Assembly: GCF_036588685.1 (NCBI RefSeq)
Contig: NC_086382.1
Coordinates: forward strand, 50,325,378-50,389,377
DNA: 64,000 nucleotides
Origin: Mytilus trossulus
Lineage: Eukaryota
Direction: 5' to 3'
Part shown: one piece after another, positions 23,509 through 35,658 of the stretch
Layout of the letters: each line of letters starts with the position of its first letter
How positions within the stretch are numbered: the stretch's first letter is position 1
Translations under genes and position numbers: made by a program
The notes under the pieces: model-generated
What the model saw: the letters and a program-made list of their open reading frames with translations, nothing else
The model's database searches: none
Told to the model about the DNA's origin: nothing

Positions 23509-25423
23509 TTATACGACCGCAAATTTTGAAAAAAATTTCGTCGTATATTGCTATCACGTCGTCGTCGTCGTCCGAATACTTTTAGTTTTCGCACTCTAAC
23601 TTTAGTAAAAGTGAATAGAAATCTATGAAATTTTAACACAAGGTTTATGACCATAAAAGGAAGGCTGGTATTGATTTTGGGAGTTTTGGTCCCAATATTT
23701 TAGGAATTAGGGGCCAAAAAGGGCCCAAATAAGCATTTTCTTGGTTTTCGCACTATAACTTTAGTTTAAGTTAATAGAAATCTATGAAATTTTGACACAA
23801 GGTTTATGACCACAAAAGAAAGGATGGGATTGATTTTGGGAGTTTTGGTTTCAACTGTTTAGGAATTAGGGGCCAAAAAAGGGCCCAAATAAGCATTATT
23901 CTTGGTTTTCGCACTATAACTTTAGTTAAAGTAAATAGAAATCAATGAAATTTAAACACAATGTTTATGACCACAAAAGGAAGGTTGGTATTGATTTTGG
24001 GAGTTTCGGTCCCAACAGTTTAGGAATTAGGGGCCAAAAAGGGACCCAAATAAGCATTTTTCTTGGTTTCGCACCATAGCGTTAGTATAAGTAAATAGAA
24101 ATCTATGAAATTTAAACACAAGGTTTATGACTATAAAAGGAAGGTTGGTAATGATTTTGGGAGTTTTGGTCCCAACAGTTAAGGAAAAAGGGGCCCAAAG
24201 GGTCCAAAATTAAACTTTGTTTGATTTCATCAAAATTGAATAAATGGGGTTATTTAATATGCCGAATCTAACTGTGTATGTAGATTCTTAATTTTTGGTC
24301 CCGTTTTCAAATTGGTCTACATTAAGGTCCTAAGGGTCCAAAATTAAACTTAGTTTGATTTTAATAAAAATTGAAACCTTGGGGTTCTTTGATATGCTGA
24401 ATCTAAAAATGTACTTAGATTTTTGATTATTGGCCCAGTTTTCAAGTTGGCCCAAATCAAGGTCCAAAATTAAACATTGTTTGATTTCATCAAAAATTGA
24501 ATAATTGGGGTTCTTTGATATGCCAAATCTATTTGGTCCAGTTTAAAATTGGTCTAAATTAAAGTGCAAAGGGTCCAAAATTAAACTAAGTTTGATTTTA
24601 ACAAAAATCAAATTCTTGGGCCTCTTTGATATGCTGAATCTAAACATGTATTTAGATTTTTGATTATGGGCCCAGTTTTCAAGTTGGTCCAAATCAGGAT
24701 CTAAAATTATTATATTAAGTATTGTGCAATAGCAAGTCTTTTCAATTGCACAGTATTGTGCAATGGCAAGAAATATCTTATTTCACAATATTGTGAAATA
24801 GCAAATTTTTTTTAAATTAAGAGTTATCTTTCTTTGTCCAGTAAAGTAAGCAAGAAATATCTGCAAGAATTTTTTTTAATTGGAGTTATCTTTCTTTGTC
24901 CAGAATCAACTTAAATCTTCGTTATATACAATATACAATGTATATTCACTTTTTACTACCAACTGATAAATTTAAATAATCTTTACCATTCAGTGATAAC
25001 AAGCAGTTTTTTTTACATCTTAATATTTTATGATGTATTTAAATGAGTAGTAATTGTTGCAAACTCCATTAGAATATCTTAATTGAAATTAGTTTTGGAA
25101 TAAGGGAAAGGGGGATGTGATTAAAAAATTGGGTTCAATTTTTCTCATTTGAAATTTCATAAATAAAAAGAAAATTTCTTCAAACATTTTTTTGAGAGGA
25201 TTAATATTCAACAGCATAGTGAATTGCTCTAAGAGAAAACAAAAATTTTAAGTTCATTTGAATACATTCATTCTGTGTCAGAAACCTATGCTGTGTCAAC
25301 TATTTAATCACAATCCAAATTTAGAGCGGACTCCAGCTTGAATGTTGTGTCCATACTTGCCCCAACTGTTCAGGGTTCAACCTCTGCGGTCGTATAAAGC
25401 TACGCCCTGCGGAGCATCTGGTT
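23509..25423 (+). mobile_element. Family-1 Helentron-like element, full copy (5' tatacgaccgc ... 3' hairpin gctacgccctgcggagc + atCTGG + TT)
   Basis: 12-bp inverted sequences lie near both ends (tatacgaccgca and tgcggtcgtata). The 3' end is GCATCTGG followed by TT, as at every other copy. Confidence 0.6.
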
Positions 25424-28123
25424 GGTTTTTATCTTGAATATTATTATAGATAGAGATAAACTGTAAACAGCAATAATGTTCAGCAAAGTAAGATCTACAA
25501 ATAAGTCAACATGACCAAAATGGTCAGTTGACCCGTTTAGGAGTTATTGCCCTTTATAGTAAATTTTTAACCATTTTTCGTAAATTAAAGTAATCTTTTA
25601 CAAAAATCTTCTCCTCTGAAACTACTCGGCCAAGTTAATCCAAACTTGGCCACAATCATCTTTGGGGTATCTAGTTTTAAAAATGTGTGGCGTGACCTGG
25701 TCAACCAACCAAGATGGCCGCCACGGCTAAAAATAGAACATAGGGGTAAAATGCAGTTTTTGGCTTATAACTCAAAAACCAAAACCTTTTGAGGAAATCT
25801 GACATGAGATAAAAATGTTTATCAGGTCAAGATCTATCTGCCCTGAAATTTTCAGATGAATCAGTCAATTGGTTGTTGGGTTGCTGCTCCTGAATTGGTA
25901 ATTTTAAGGAAATTTTGCTGTTTTTGGTTTTTATCTTGAATATTATTATAGATAGAGATAAACTGTAAACAGCAATAATGTTCAACAAAGTATTATCTAC
26001 AAATAAGTCAACATGACCGAAATGGTCAGTTGACCCGTTTAGGAGTTATTGCCCTTTATAGTCAATTTTTAACCATTTTTTCTTAAATCTTAGTTATCTT
26101 TACAAAAATCTTCTCCTCTGAAACTACTGGGCCAAATTAATCCAAACTTGGCAACAATCATCTTTGGGGTATCTAGTTTAAAAAATGTGTGGCGTGACCA
26201 GGTCAACCAACCAAGATGGCCACAAAGGCTAAAAATAGAACATAGGGGTAAAATGCAGTTTTTGGCTTATAACTCAAAACCAAAGCATTTAGAGCAATCT
26301 GACTTGGGGTGAATTTGTTTATCAGATCAATATCTATCTGCCCTGTAATTGGAAGATGAATCTGACAACCTGTTGTTGGGTTGCTGCCCGTGAATCGGTA
26401 ATTTTAAGGAAATTTTGCTGTTTTTGGTTATTATTTTGAATATTATTATAGATAAAGATAAACTGTAAACAGCAATAATGTTCAGCAAAGTAGGATCTAT
26501 AAATAAGTCAACATGACCGAAATGGTCAATTGACCCCCTAAGGAGTTATTGTCCTTTATAGTCAATTTTTAACAATTTTCATAAAATTTGTAAATTTTTA
26601 ATTAACATTTCCACTGATACTACTGGGCCAATTTCATTATAGATAGAGATAATTGTAAGCAGCAAGACTGTTTAGTAAAGTAAGATTTAAAAACACATCA
26701 CCATCAACAAAACACAATTTTGTCATGAATTCATTTGCTTCCTTTGTTTAATGTTCACATATACCAAGGTGAGCGACACAGGCTCTTTAGAGCCTCTAGT
26801 TTTTTAATCTCTAAGGCGATCGGAAGTGTACATAATATACCAACTCAACAGATTTGTTTTAAATTTACATTTTGATTCTGCTTGTAAAAATACATCAGAA
26901 CATAAAATAAAAAAGGGGGTAACCGTTTTTGTTTTTCAGATACAAACTGTTGAAACTGACAGCTTGATACACCAGAAATACAATGGGTATATAGGGAAAA
27001 TCATAAAAACTGGCAGATATATTTTTACTTTATAATGATTTTCTTAATTTGTTGGTCAACAGAATTTTTTTTAATTCTAATTTCGATAAAAATAAATCGC
27101 GCACTCTGATGTCTTGACTCTGAGTTGCTATGGCAGTTGGGTAATAATTTGTACCATTTGAACAGACTAATTTGATAAAACAAATTGTTAGAATTTTAAA
27201 TTACGTGCATAAGATGAGTAACGCATACAGTCAAGTCACAGTAAAATTATTATTCATGCAAAGCCAATAATTTGGTAAGACATCTATGTGTGTCCACATA
27301 TGTATCTGTTACACTAGAGAAGGTGCTGATCCATGAAATAATAACACTTATTTTACTATCTTTTTAACTGAGTTGGTATTTGGAGTTATGTAAAAACTAC
27401 TCATGAACAAGATCACACATTTATACCTCAGGCTGTTTATTCATGTGTGAAGGGTTCCATAATAATCTAACTTTAACAGTTCAACAGAGAACTGATAGAT
27501 TGACCAGTGTTATTATCTCACTTCTGGATGTTATTCTGGTCGGGGATATTGTTTACAAAATGTTGTTTGAAGAAGCAGGTTTGTTTTATATTTGATAATT
27601 CAATTTATTCTTGAATTTTGAGTAGTGCATTTATTTATGGATATAGGTCTCATTCGTAATCTTTATGTAAAGATTAAATGTTGGTTTTCCTTTTTGAATT
27701 GAAGACTGTACTTTGAGCAATAATTTTTAACGTTTTATACATTGTGTCTTATTGACACTCATACAGGGGCAGATCCAGCAATTTATAAAAGGGGGGTCCT
27801 AACCCAGGACAAAGAGGGGATTCCAACCACATGTCATGATGATGTCCCCATACAAATTCATTGATCGTCAAAAAAGGGGGAAGGAGTTCCAACCCCCCCT
27901 CCCCACCCCACCTGGGATCAACCACTGCTCATACCACATCTTGTTTATATGAATATGTAGAGTTGATAGCTTTAGCTGTTTGAGAGTTAGACATTACTCC
28001 TCAAATTAGTCAGCAACTCCCATCAAGTACTCAATTGTCACTTAGAAGAGTAGGAATGCCCTTTATTGTCAAGCATCTAATCTCTGTTTTAAATATGTCT
28101 ACTGTCAAACTGGCCTTAATTTT

Positions 28124-30046
28124 TTATGACCACCAAAATTTTTGCTGTTGTATTTTTGTATCACATCATTGTCCGAAAAGACACTTAGTTTCCAGACAAT
28201 AACTTTGATTTTTAAAAGTGAATGGATCTCTATGAAATTTAAACACAAGGTTTGAAACCACAAAAGGAAAGCTTGGTTTGATTTTGAGGGTTAGGTTCCC
28301 AACAGTTTAGGAAATAAGGGTCTTCAAAGGGGTCCAAATAAACATTTTTATAGTTTCCAGACAGTAACTTCTGTGTAAGTGTATGGATGTTTCTGAAATT
28401 GTACTACAAGTTTCTATACCAAAATGGAAGGTTGGGATTGATTTTGGGGGTTATGGCCCTTACTGATTAGGAATAAGGGCCCACAAACAATACTTTTCTA
28501 ATGCTTTGTATAAATTGCTGAATTGTTGTCCAATTTAAATGGGGTGTTCTTGAGTTCTTGTGTTCTTTAATATGCTGAACTTAACAATGTATTAAGATTT
28601 GGATATTTAGCCCTGTTTTTAAGTTGGTTCACATTGAGGTCCAAAGGGTCCAAATTTAAACTTTGTTTGATTTCATCAAAAATTAAAGTTTTGGGGTTGT
28701 TTGATATGCTGAAAATAACCGTGTATTTCAATTTTTTATTTTTGGTCCCATATTTAAATTGGTCTACATTAAGGTCCAAAGGGTCCAAAATTAAACTTAG
28801 TTTGATTTTAACAAAAATTGAATTCTTTGGGTTCTTTGATATGCTGAATTCTAACATGTATTTAGATTTTTGATAATAGGCCTAGTTTTCAAATTGGTTC
28901 AAATCAGGGTCCAAATTAAACTTTGTTTGATTTCAACAAAAATTGAATGCATGAGGGTCTTTGATATGCTAGATCTAACCGTGTATTTAAATTTTTGATT
29001 TTAAGTTCTGTTTTCAAATAAGTCTACATTAAGGTCCATAGGGTTAAATATTAAATTTAGTTTGCCTTTAATAAAAATTGAATTTTTGAGGTTCTTTGAT
29101 ATGCTGAATCTAAACATGTATAAGTACCCGGCCACGTCCACTTTTATTTTTTGTCTATCTGATGAGTTAAGCCTTTTTCAACTGATTTTTATAGTATGTT
29201 CTTATGTTGTACTGTTATTCCACTGTCCCAGGTTAGGGGAGGGTTGGGATCCCGCTAACATGTTTAACCCCGCCACATTATTCATGTATGTGCCTGTCCC
29301 AAGTCAGGAGCCTGGAATTCAGTGGTTGTCGTTTGTTTATGTGTTACATATTTGTTTTTCGTTAATTTTTTTACATAAACAAGGCTGTTAGTTTTCTCGT
29401 TTGAATTGTTTTACATTGTCTTATTGGGGCCTTTTATAGCTGACTATATGCGGTATGGGCTTTGCTCATTGTTGAAGGCCGTATGGTGACCTATAATTGT
29501 TAATGTTTGTGTCATTTTGGTCTTTTGTAGATAGTTATCTCATTGGCAATCATACCACATCTTCTTTTTTATGTATTTAGATTTTTGATTATAGGCCCAG
29601 TTTTCAAGTAAGTTGAAATCGGGGTTAAAATTAATCTTTGTGTTATTTCAACAAAGATTGAATATATTGGGCTCTTTGATATGCTGAATTTAACCATGTA
29701 TTTAGATTTTTGATTTTTGGGCCCAGTTATTGAATTGGTTCACATTGAGGTCAAAAGGGTCCAAAATTTAACTTTATTTGATTTCATCAATAATTGAATT
29801 CTTGGCCTTCTCTGTTATGCTGAATCTAACCATGTATTTAGATTTAGGGTATTGGACAATAATAGGTAAAAGTCCAATATGAAATTTTACCACATTCATT
29901 CTGTGTCAGAAACCTATGCTGTGTCAAATATTTAATCAAAATCCAAATTTAGAGATGTATCAAGCTTAAATATAGTGTCCATACTTACCCCAACTGTTCA
30001 GGGTATCAACCTCTACGGTCCTATCAAGCTGTGCCATGCGGAGCAT
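28124..30046 (+). mobile_element. Older, diverged family-1 element copy carrying a SINE insertion at 29123-29572
   Basis: A diverged 5' region (tttatgaccaccaaaatttttgctgttgtatttttgtatcacatc...), degenerate copies of both satellites, and the 3' terminal region at 29880-30046. Confidence 0.5.
29123..29572 (-). mobile_element. ~450-bp SINE of the 'gaagatgtggtatgattgccaatgagacaac' family. The opposite end is tRNA-related (gggttgggatcccgctaacatgtttaacccc). It is flanked by a short target duplication (atgtat)
   Basis: It interrupts a satellite unit, leaving atgtat on both sides. Homologous copies lie at 31321-31650, with fragments at 5600-5700, 46792-46990, 50268-50400 and 51303-51400. Confidence 0.55.
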
Positions 30047-30188
30047 TTTATTTTAATATCATTTGTCAAATCTCATTTTGTAGCAATTATTAGCATCAAA
30101 TTGAGTAAAATGTTTACCTTTATCATTATTTTAACAGTCTTTCATCATGATGGGCACCCAATTTCTATCCTCACTTAGAATACACAAG

Positions 30189-30401
30189 TACTGTGGATTC
30201 ATTTATTTTCGTGGGTATCAATTTTCGCGGAATGCTGAAAACTTGCATATTCGTGGATATTAGATTTCGTGGTTTTGCTAATCTCTGTATACAAGGCCTA
30301 TTGAAAATATGTTATTCGTTGAACATTTGAATTCGTGGTTCACCTTTTTCCACAAAACCCACGAAAATTGGTATCCAACGAATATTAATGAATCCACAGT
30401 A
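30189..30401. mobile_element. MITE with TA flanks and TIR CTGTGGATTCAT..., containing (t)tcgtgg internal repeats
   Basis: tactgtggattcatttattttcgtgg at the left end is inverted relative to ccacgaaaattgg...atgaatccacagta at the right. A partial copy lies at 33890-34075. Confidence 0.6.
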
Positions 30402-30675
30402 TCAAGGAAATATTTTACATTAACACTTTTATATATATTTCTTAAAGGGGCATTAGATGTCAAACAGTCAAATTCATATTCACTGATTAGACTCCAATTC
30501 TCATATTTGATTTTTAACCTACTAAAGGTCACATGAATACAGTTCAATAGGATCCAGTTTATAGTGGTGGCAAGAATTTATTTGTTTTACATAAAAGGTT
30601 TATATCAGCAATTTCTTAGACTAATTAAAAAGTAGGGATGATCAATAATTTAATTCATCTGCCCTAGACATATGC

Positions 30676-30842
30676 AGATCAGACATGGTTCACCTGGCCT
30701 CTCGGTCATAAAACTTTGCTCAGTGCTCGGAGCACAAAAATCATGCTCGAAACATGAAATCCAGCAATTTGATTGGTTGATTTTCGAGTCTGAGTACAAA
30801 AATCATGCTCGAAAGTTTTATGACCGTGAGGCCTGACCTTAA
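30676..30842. mobile_element. Small foldback-type MITE (TIR cctggcctc.cggtcataaaacttt), with an internal direct repeat gagcacaaaaatcatgctcgaaa
   Basis: Inverted termini are read directly from the sequence. Confidence 0.5.
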
Positions 30843-31320
30843 CCTCATTTCAAGGGATATAGTAATTAATCTTAAAGTTTTGTGTTTAGGTTTATGTTTA
30901 GATTCTATAAGCAAAGGGTCAAGTTAATGTTGTGTATTGAATATAAAATGGAATGTAATTGAAGAGGTACATTTCAGTTTGGCAGGTTTTATCTAACATT
31001 GACATCATTTTCATGGTTCATTGGTTATTATCAAATTTTCATATTTTGGTCTGTTATTCAAATACTATAAGCAATAGGTAAACAGAATTTGATGTATTAA
31101 ATTATTATAAGGTAAACATGTATGGCTGATAGGGTTCATCTGTTCTTGATCTTTTTCATGGTTTATTGGTCAATATTTAGTTTTTCGGGTTTTGTTTGTT
31201 TTTTTCATGCAATAAGCAAAATGTCAACTATATTTGATATATGAAAAGATTGTAAGTTTTACATGTATATCTTCTTCGGTTTATCTGACCTTGACCTTGA
31301 TGTAGCTGATCATTGATAGA

Positions 31321-31650
31321 TATAAAAAAAGAAGATGTGGTATGATGGCCAATGAGAACTCTCCACAAGAGACCAAAATGACATAGAAATTAACAACTAT
31401 AGGTAACTATAGGGCCTTCAACAATGAACAAAACCCACACTGCATAGTCAGCTTTAAAAGGCTACAAAATGACAATGGAAAATAATTTAAACGAGAAAAC
31501 TAACAGCCTTATTTATGTACCAAAAATTAACATAAAACAAATATGTAACAAATAAACAATTGGCAGTCACTGAAAAACAGTCTCCTGACTTGGGACAGGC
31601 ACATACATAATGTGGTGGGGTTAAAAGTTTAGTTTATGTGATACCAGTAC
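31321..31650 (+). mobile_element. SINE copy, the same family as 29123-29572, in the opposite orientation and 3'-truncated
   Basis: aaaaaagaagatgtggtatgatggccaatgagaactctccacaagagaccaaaatgaca... aligns to the reverse complement of 29123-29572. Confidence 0.55.
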
Positions 31651-31899
31651 TGTAAAACCTTTATTTTTATGACTTTTAAATCAAACCTGGTTTAAGTAAG
31701 GCAAGAATAACATTGTAAAACTGTTATTTTATTAAATAGTCTCTTTAAAACTGTCATGAAGATTTGATCAAAGTAACAGCAGGATTAATAAATGAGTTTT
31801 AGAAGATTGTATATAAAACTTTATTTGGTTAAAATGTGTGAAAGACATTTCTGTGTTACAATTTTTTACAGTTTGGTTATACATGTGTATGTGTAACAG

Positions 31900-32640
31900 C
31901 CACTATGTTTCGTCAGTTACTTTGTTCCAGCGGAATTTTTCAAGTAGTTATTTCGTTCCAATGGAACTTTCCAACTAGTTGTTTTATTTCAAGTGAGTGG
32001 AAAAGTTCTGGAAAAAAAGAAGGTAGTTGAAAAGTCCTGGAACAATGTAGCTATTTGAATAGTGAAGCCTAACAAACCCTAACCCTAACAAAAAGGAATT
32101 TTGTGACTAGTTGATAAGATCCGTTTGTCTTTTGTGGCTTGTATCTTTGTTCCCCTTTGAAAAGGTTCAAAGACAATATGTTGCGCTTTTACTTTGCATC
32201 AATTCTCCAAATGGAACTTTGTGACTGGTTGATAAGTTCCATTGGAACTTTTGGGCTAGTTTGTTAGTTCTGGTTTTGACTTTTTTGACAAAGAGGAACT
32301 TTGTGGCTAGTTGATAAGTTCCTTTTGACTTTTGTAATCAGTAGTATCTTGTTTTCCCTTTGAAAAGGTTCAAATATGATATTTTGCACTTTTACTTTGC
32401 ATCAATTCTCCATATGGAACTTTCTGCCTGGTTGATGCTAGTTTGTTAGTTCTGGTTTTGACTAATTTGGCAAAAAGGAACTTTCTAACTAGTCACTTTG
32501 TTCACTGTGGAACTTTTAAACCAGAGGAAGAACACAGTAACTTCTTAATAAGTTCCTCCATATCTTTTCGGCTAATTAGTTCTTTCTGCCCGGTACTTTA
32601 TAACTTCGGAACAAAAGAGCATTTACATATGTACAATTTT
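31900..32640. repeat. Tandem repeat of a ~185-bp unit (…ggaactttgtgactagttgataagttcc…), ~3.5 copies, immediately upstream of the S/P/Q-rich exon; it includes a (CCCTAA)2 motif at ~32075
   Basis: Repeated blocks at 32090-32280, 32280-32470 and 32470-32640. Confidence 0.6.
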
Positions 32641-32648
32641 TCTTTTAG

Positions 32649-33606
32649 GAACCATAGTAAAAGATGATTTTGTATCAAAACCAACTCAACTAGAATCAGA
32701 TATGATACACATAGGTGACACAGACATCGCTCCAGCCCGTAAAAAAGTGCATGGAGGCATAGCTTGCATGCCACAGTCAACACCTAGCTACAAAAAACAT
32801 GGAGGTAAACAGTCATCCTTAGTCCCATCTAGCAGGAAGACAGATGAAGTCACAGGGTATTCATCATCAGTAAATCAGAGAAGTCAAGCAATTCCACCTC
32901 AGAGTATGCAACCTCAGGCAATGCAAGCATCTTCACCCAAAATGATGCAACCAGCATCACCTCAGACACAGCGAGCAACGTTACCCAAAATAATGCAACC
33001 CACATCACCTCAGAGACGCCAAGATTTTTTTACCCGAAGTATGCAACCAGCATCACCTCAGGTAATGCAAGCATCATCACCCCAAAGTATACAGTCGCCT
33101 GCTCCTGCAATAATGGTTTCAGAAGCAAGTCCTGAAAAGCATAAACCAATTTCATTATCAAAGTATAATGAACACCCAAAAAAGTCTGGCTGTATGGGAT
33201 CACCTGAGGGTAATATATGTATTGGTGACTCAGCACCTCTAAGACAACAAACAACAAGTTCATCAGAAAGTCAAAGCCAGCCAAACACGGCTTCACCTCA
33301 ATTAGCAGGAAGTTCAAGATTTAGAGGAGGGGTGACACCACCTCCACTCTCACAGGTGCCTCAAATATCAAAGAGACCACTCCCAACACCCTCTCCAGCA
33401 GCTGTTAAAACAAATACCAGTAATAAAACACCATCTTCCTTTCTAACAATACCAGAGCAACAGAGATCCAAAATAACACCAACCCAATCACATCTACAGG
33501 CTGAGGAGATACCAGGAGCACCAAGGCCTAGAGCTCCTGCCAGACGGATGTCTGGGTCATTAGGTTTGCAGTCCAAATCATGGGGTTCCCCAGCCTCTGC
33601 ACTGCA
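32649..33606 (+). CDS. Large exon encoding a Ser/Pro/Gln-rich, probably disordered segment (…SPQ…MQPASPQ… repeats); product unknown
   Basis: Acceptor tcttttag at 32641-32648. The 958-nt frame is open from the acceptor. The listed ORF is 32702-33610, but the stop TAA overlaps a consensus donor ca|gtaagt, and the frame continues into the next exon. Confidence 0.5.
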
Positions 33607-34184
33607 GTAAGTAATGAAAGGAGTTTTCTTTTTCTACTGAAGCCATATATCCAGTATCAGTTAATTTTTCTCAGAGACAAAGTAAATTTATGCATCTTTA
33701 AACAATTGTTTAGCACTTAACTTATTATAACAAAAAATTTTAATTATCATTTTTTATTCATTTCTTTTTTTGCTATATTGGATCTGTAAAGAGTTGTTGT
33801 AAATTGTGCATATTGTTCAAAAACTGTCATCTAACCTTGACTATATTTTCATTATTTATTTTGATGATAAAGTAATTTTTTCATGTACTGCAGGTTCATT
33901 TATATTTGTGCATACCAATTTTCAATTTTCAAGGATTGGGTAAAACTTACAATTTTATTTTCGTGGTAAAGCCCGAATCTGCATACAAGTTGATTTTCTT
34001 TGAAAATTTAAATTTTAAATTCACCCTTACGGGCCTTACCCACAAAATCTACAAATAACAATGAATCCACAGTACTATAAGTTATTAATGAAAATTACGC
34101 AGGTGAAACATTTCAAAGTTTCCATGTTCTGCTTGTGTATACCTATCACTCATAAGTTTGACATGTATTGTATATATCTTGCAG

Positions 34185-34284
34185 GAACAGGTCCTTTGAT
34201 GAAGGTTATTTAAGTGATGCAAGAAGATTATCTGTTGACTTGACTCGTGAAATGTTAGCGCAGACCAAAGAACCATCACTTATG
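34185..34284 (+). CDS. Small exon (Q)NRSFDEGYLSDARRLSVDLTREMLAQTKEPSLM of the same gene
   Basis: Acceptor tcttgcag and donor atg|gtatga. The exon is phase-compatible with the previous exon, since ca+g gives Gln. Confidence 0.45.
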
Positions 34285-34677
34285 GTATGATGTCTGGGTT
34301 AAATATATTCTTAAGTTATGGAATAACATCAAACGTTTTGAGGATTGATTTCCAACGCATGCCTGTATGGGGTTGTATGTTCACTTTCTAATATAGGTTA
34401 TTACTGTATATGCATGAGAGAGAGTTCTAGACATATAAAGCCAGTAGAATCTTTTTTCCTTTCTTATTTAAACATAAAAAGTAGGTGTTTGACATAAAGT
34501 TTCCTATTGAAATTTGCATATTTTTTTTTAATTTTTGGGTCATGGTAGTCTTTGATTAAGTTAAGGTTCAATCAATGCAAAAACATTCCAGTTTTAGATA
34601 TAGGTTAGAAAATTTGATTCTTTGGAACATTAACCTAAATAGTGAAATAAAAATATGTTTACTGGCTATACTTACAG

Positions 34678-34785
34678 GAGGAAACAGAAGATGTCTCAGA
34701 ACTTTTACATGAATTGGAGTTGGAGGATGATAACAAAAGTCTGGATGATATTGTGTATATTGATGAAATAGAAGAAGTAAAACCA
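34678..34785 (+). CDS. Small acidic exon EETEDVSELLHELELEDDNKSLDDIVYIDEIEEVKP of the same gene
   Basis: Acceptor cttacag, donor cca|gtaagt, phase 0 to 0. Downstream exons were not found; SINEs and hairpin elements follow. Confidence 0.45.
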
Positions 34786-35321
34786 GTAAGTTTATTCAAC
34801 ATTTTGAAAATTATCATAACTCTTTATGAGGTCCCCTTGCCAGAAATTGGATATTTGGACCTTAATTCCATGTATTATAGAATTGAGAATGGAAATGGGG
34901 AATGTGTGAAAGAGACAACAACCCCATCAAAGTGCTGAAAACAGCCAAAGGCAACCAATGGATCTTCAATCCCGCACGGGAGGCAGTCTCTAGCTGGCCC
35001 CAAAACAAAAATGTGTACTAGTTAAGTGAAAATGGACGTCATTCTACACTCCAAAACATATAAATAAACTAATATTAAAAAACATACAAGACTGACAAAG
35101 GCCAATGGCTCATGACTTGGAACACACGCAAAAATGTGGCAGGGTTACCGTGTTAAGTGTGATCTTACCCCTCAACCTATACCTCTAGCTAATGTAGAAA
35201 AAAAAACACAGCAATACACACAGTATGTCAGTTTCATGAAAAGGAGATGCAGAGTGAATGTCAATTAACCCAAAAATGAGTATCCAGTGGCAAATATTAC
35301 ATGTATATAAAGAGCCCCGGT

Positions 35322-35560
35322 GGTCGTGTGGTCTAGCGGGACGGCTGCAGTGCAGGTGATTTGGTGTCACAATATCACAGTAGCATGGGATCGAATCCCG
35401 GCGAGGGAAGAACCAAAAATTTGCGAAATCAAATTTACAGATCTACCATTGTTGGGTTGATGTTTAGACGAGTTGTATATATATATATATATATATTTGC
35501 GAAAGCAAATTTACAGATCTAACATTGTTGGGTTGATGTTTAGATGAGTTATATATACAG
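35322..35560 (+). mobile_element. tRNA-derived SINE, copy 1 (A-box-like tggtctagcggg, B-box gggatcgaatccc), with a tail gcgaaagcaaatttacagatctaacattgttgggttgatgtttag, the tail duplicated and a (TA)n
   Basis: The tRNA-like head is gccccggtggtcgtgtggtctagcgggacgg...gggatcgaatcccggcgagggaa. Two further copies lie at 38105-38260 and 38362-38550. Confidence 0.7.
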
Positions 35561-35658
35561 AATGTACACAGCTATGTATCACCATCACTGCTGGTGATAC
35601 GATGGATAAATTTGTTGTAGATTTGTCACTGGTTCAGACATACTTATAAATATAATTA

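Larger units (their letters stand above)
21584..26799 (+). mobile_element. Family-2 Helentron-like element copy, with a 3.4 kb block of family-1 elements nested at 21995-25423
   Basis: The 5' hairpin agctcacctggcctgaagggccaagtgagc lies at 21584 and the 3' ...ggtgagcgacacaggctctttagagcctctag+tt at 26799. The host unit is interrupted between gctgttt and ttggttt, consistent with a T^T insertion. Confidence 0.6.
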
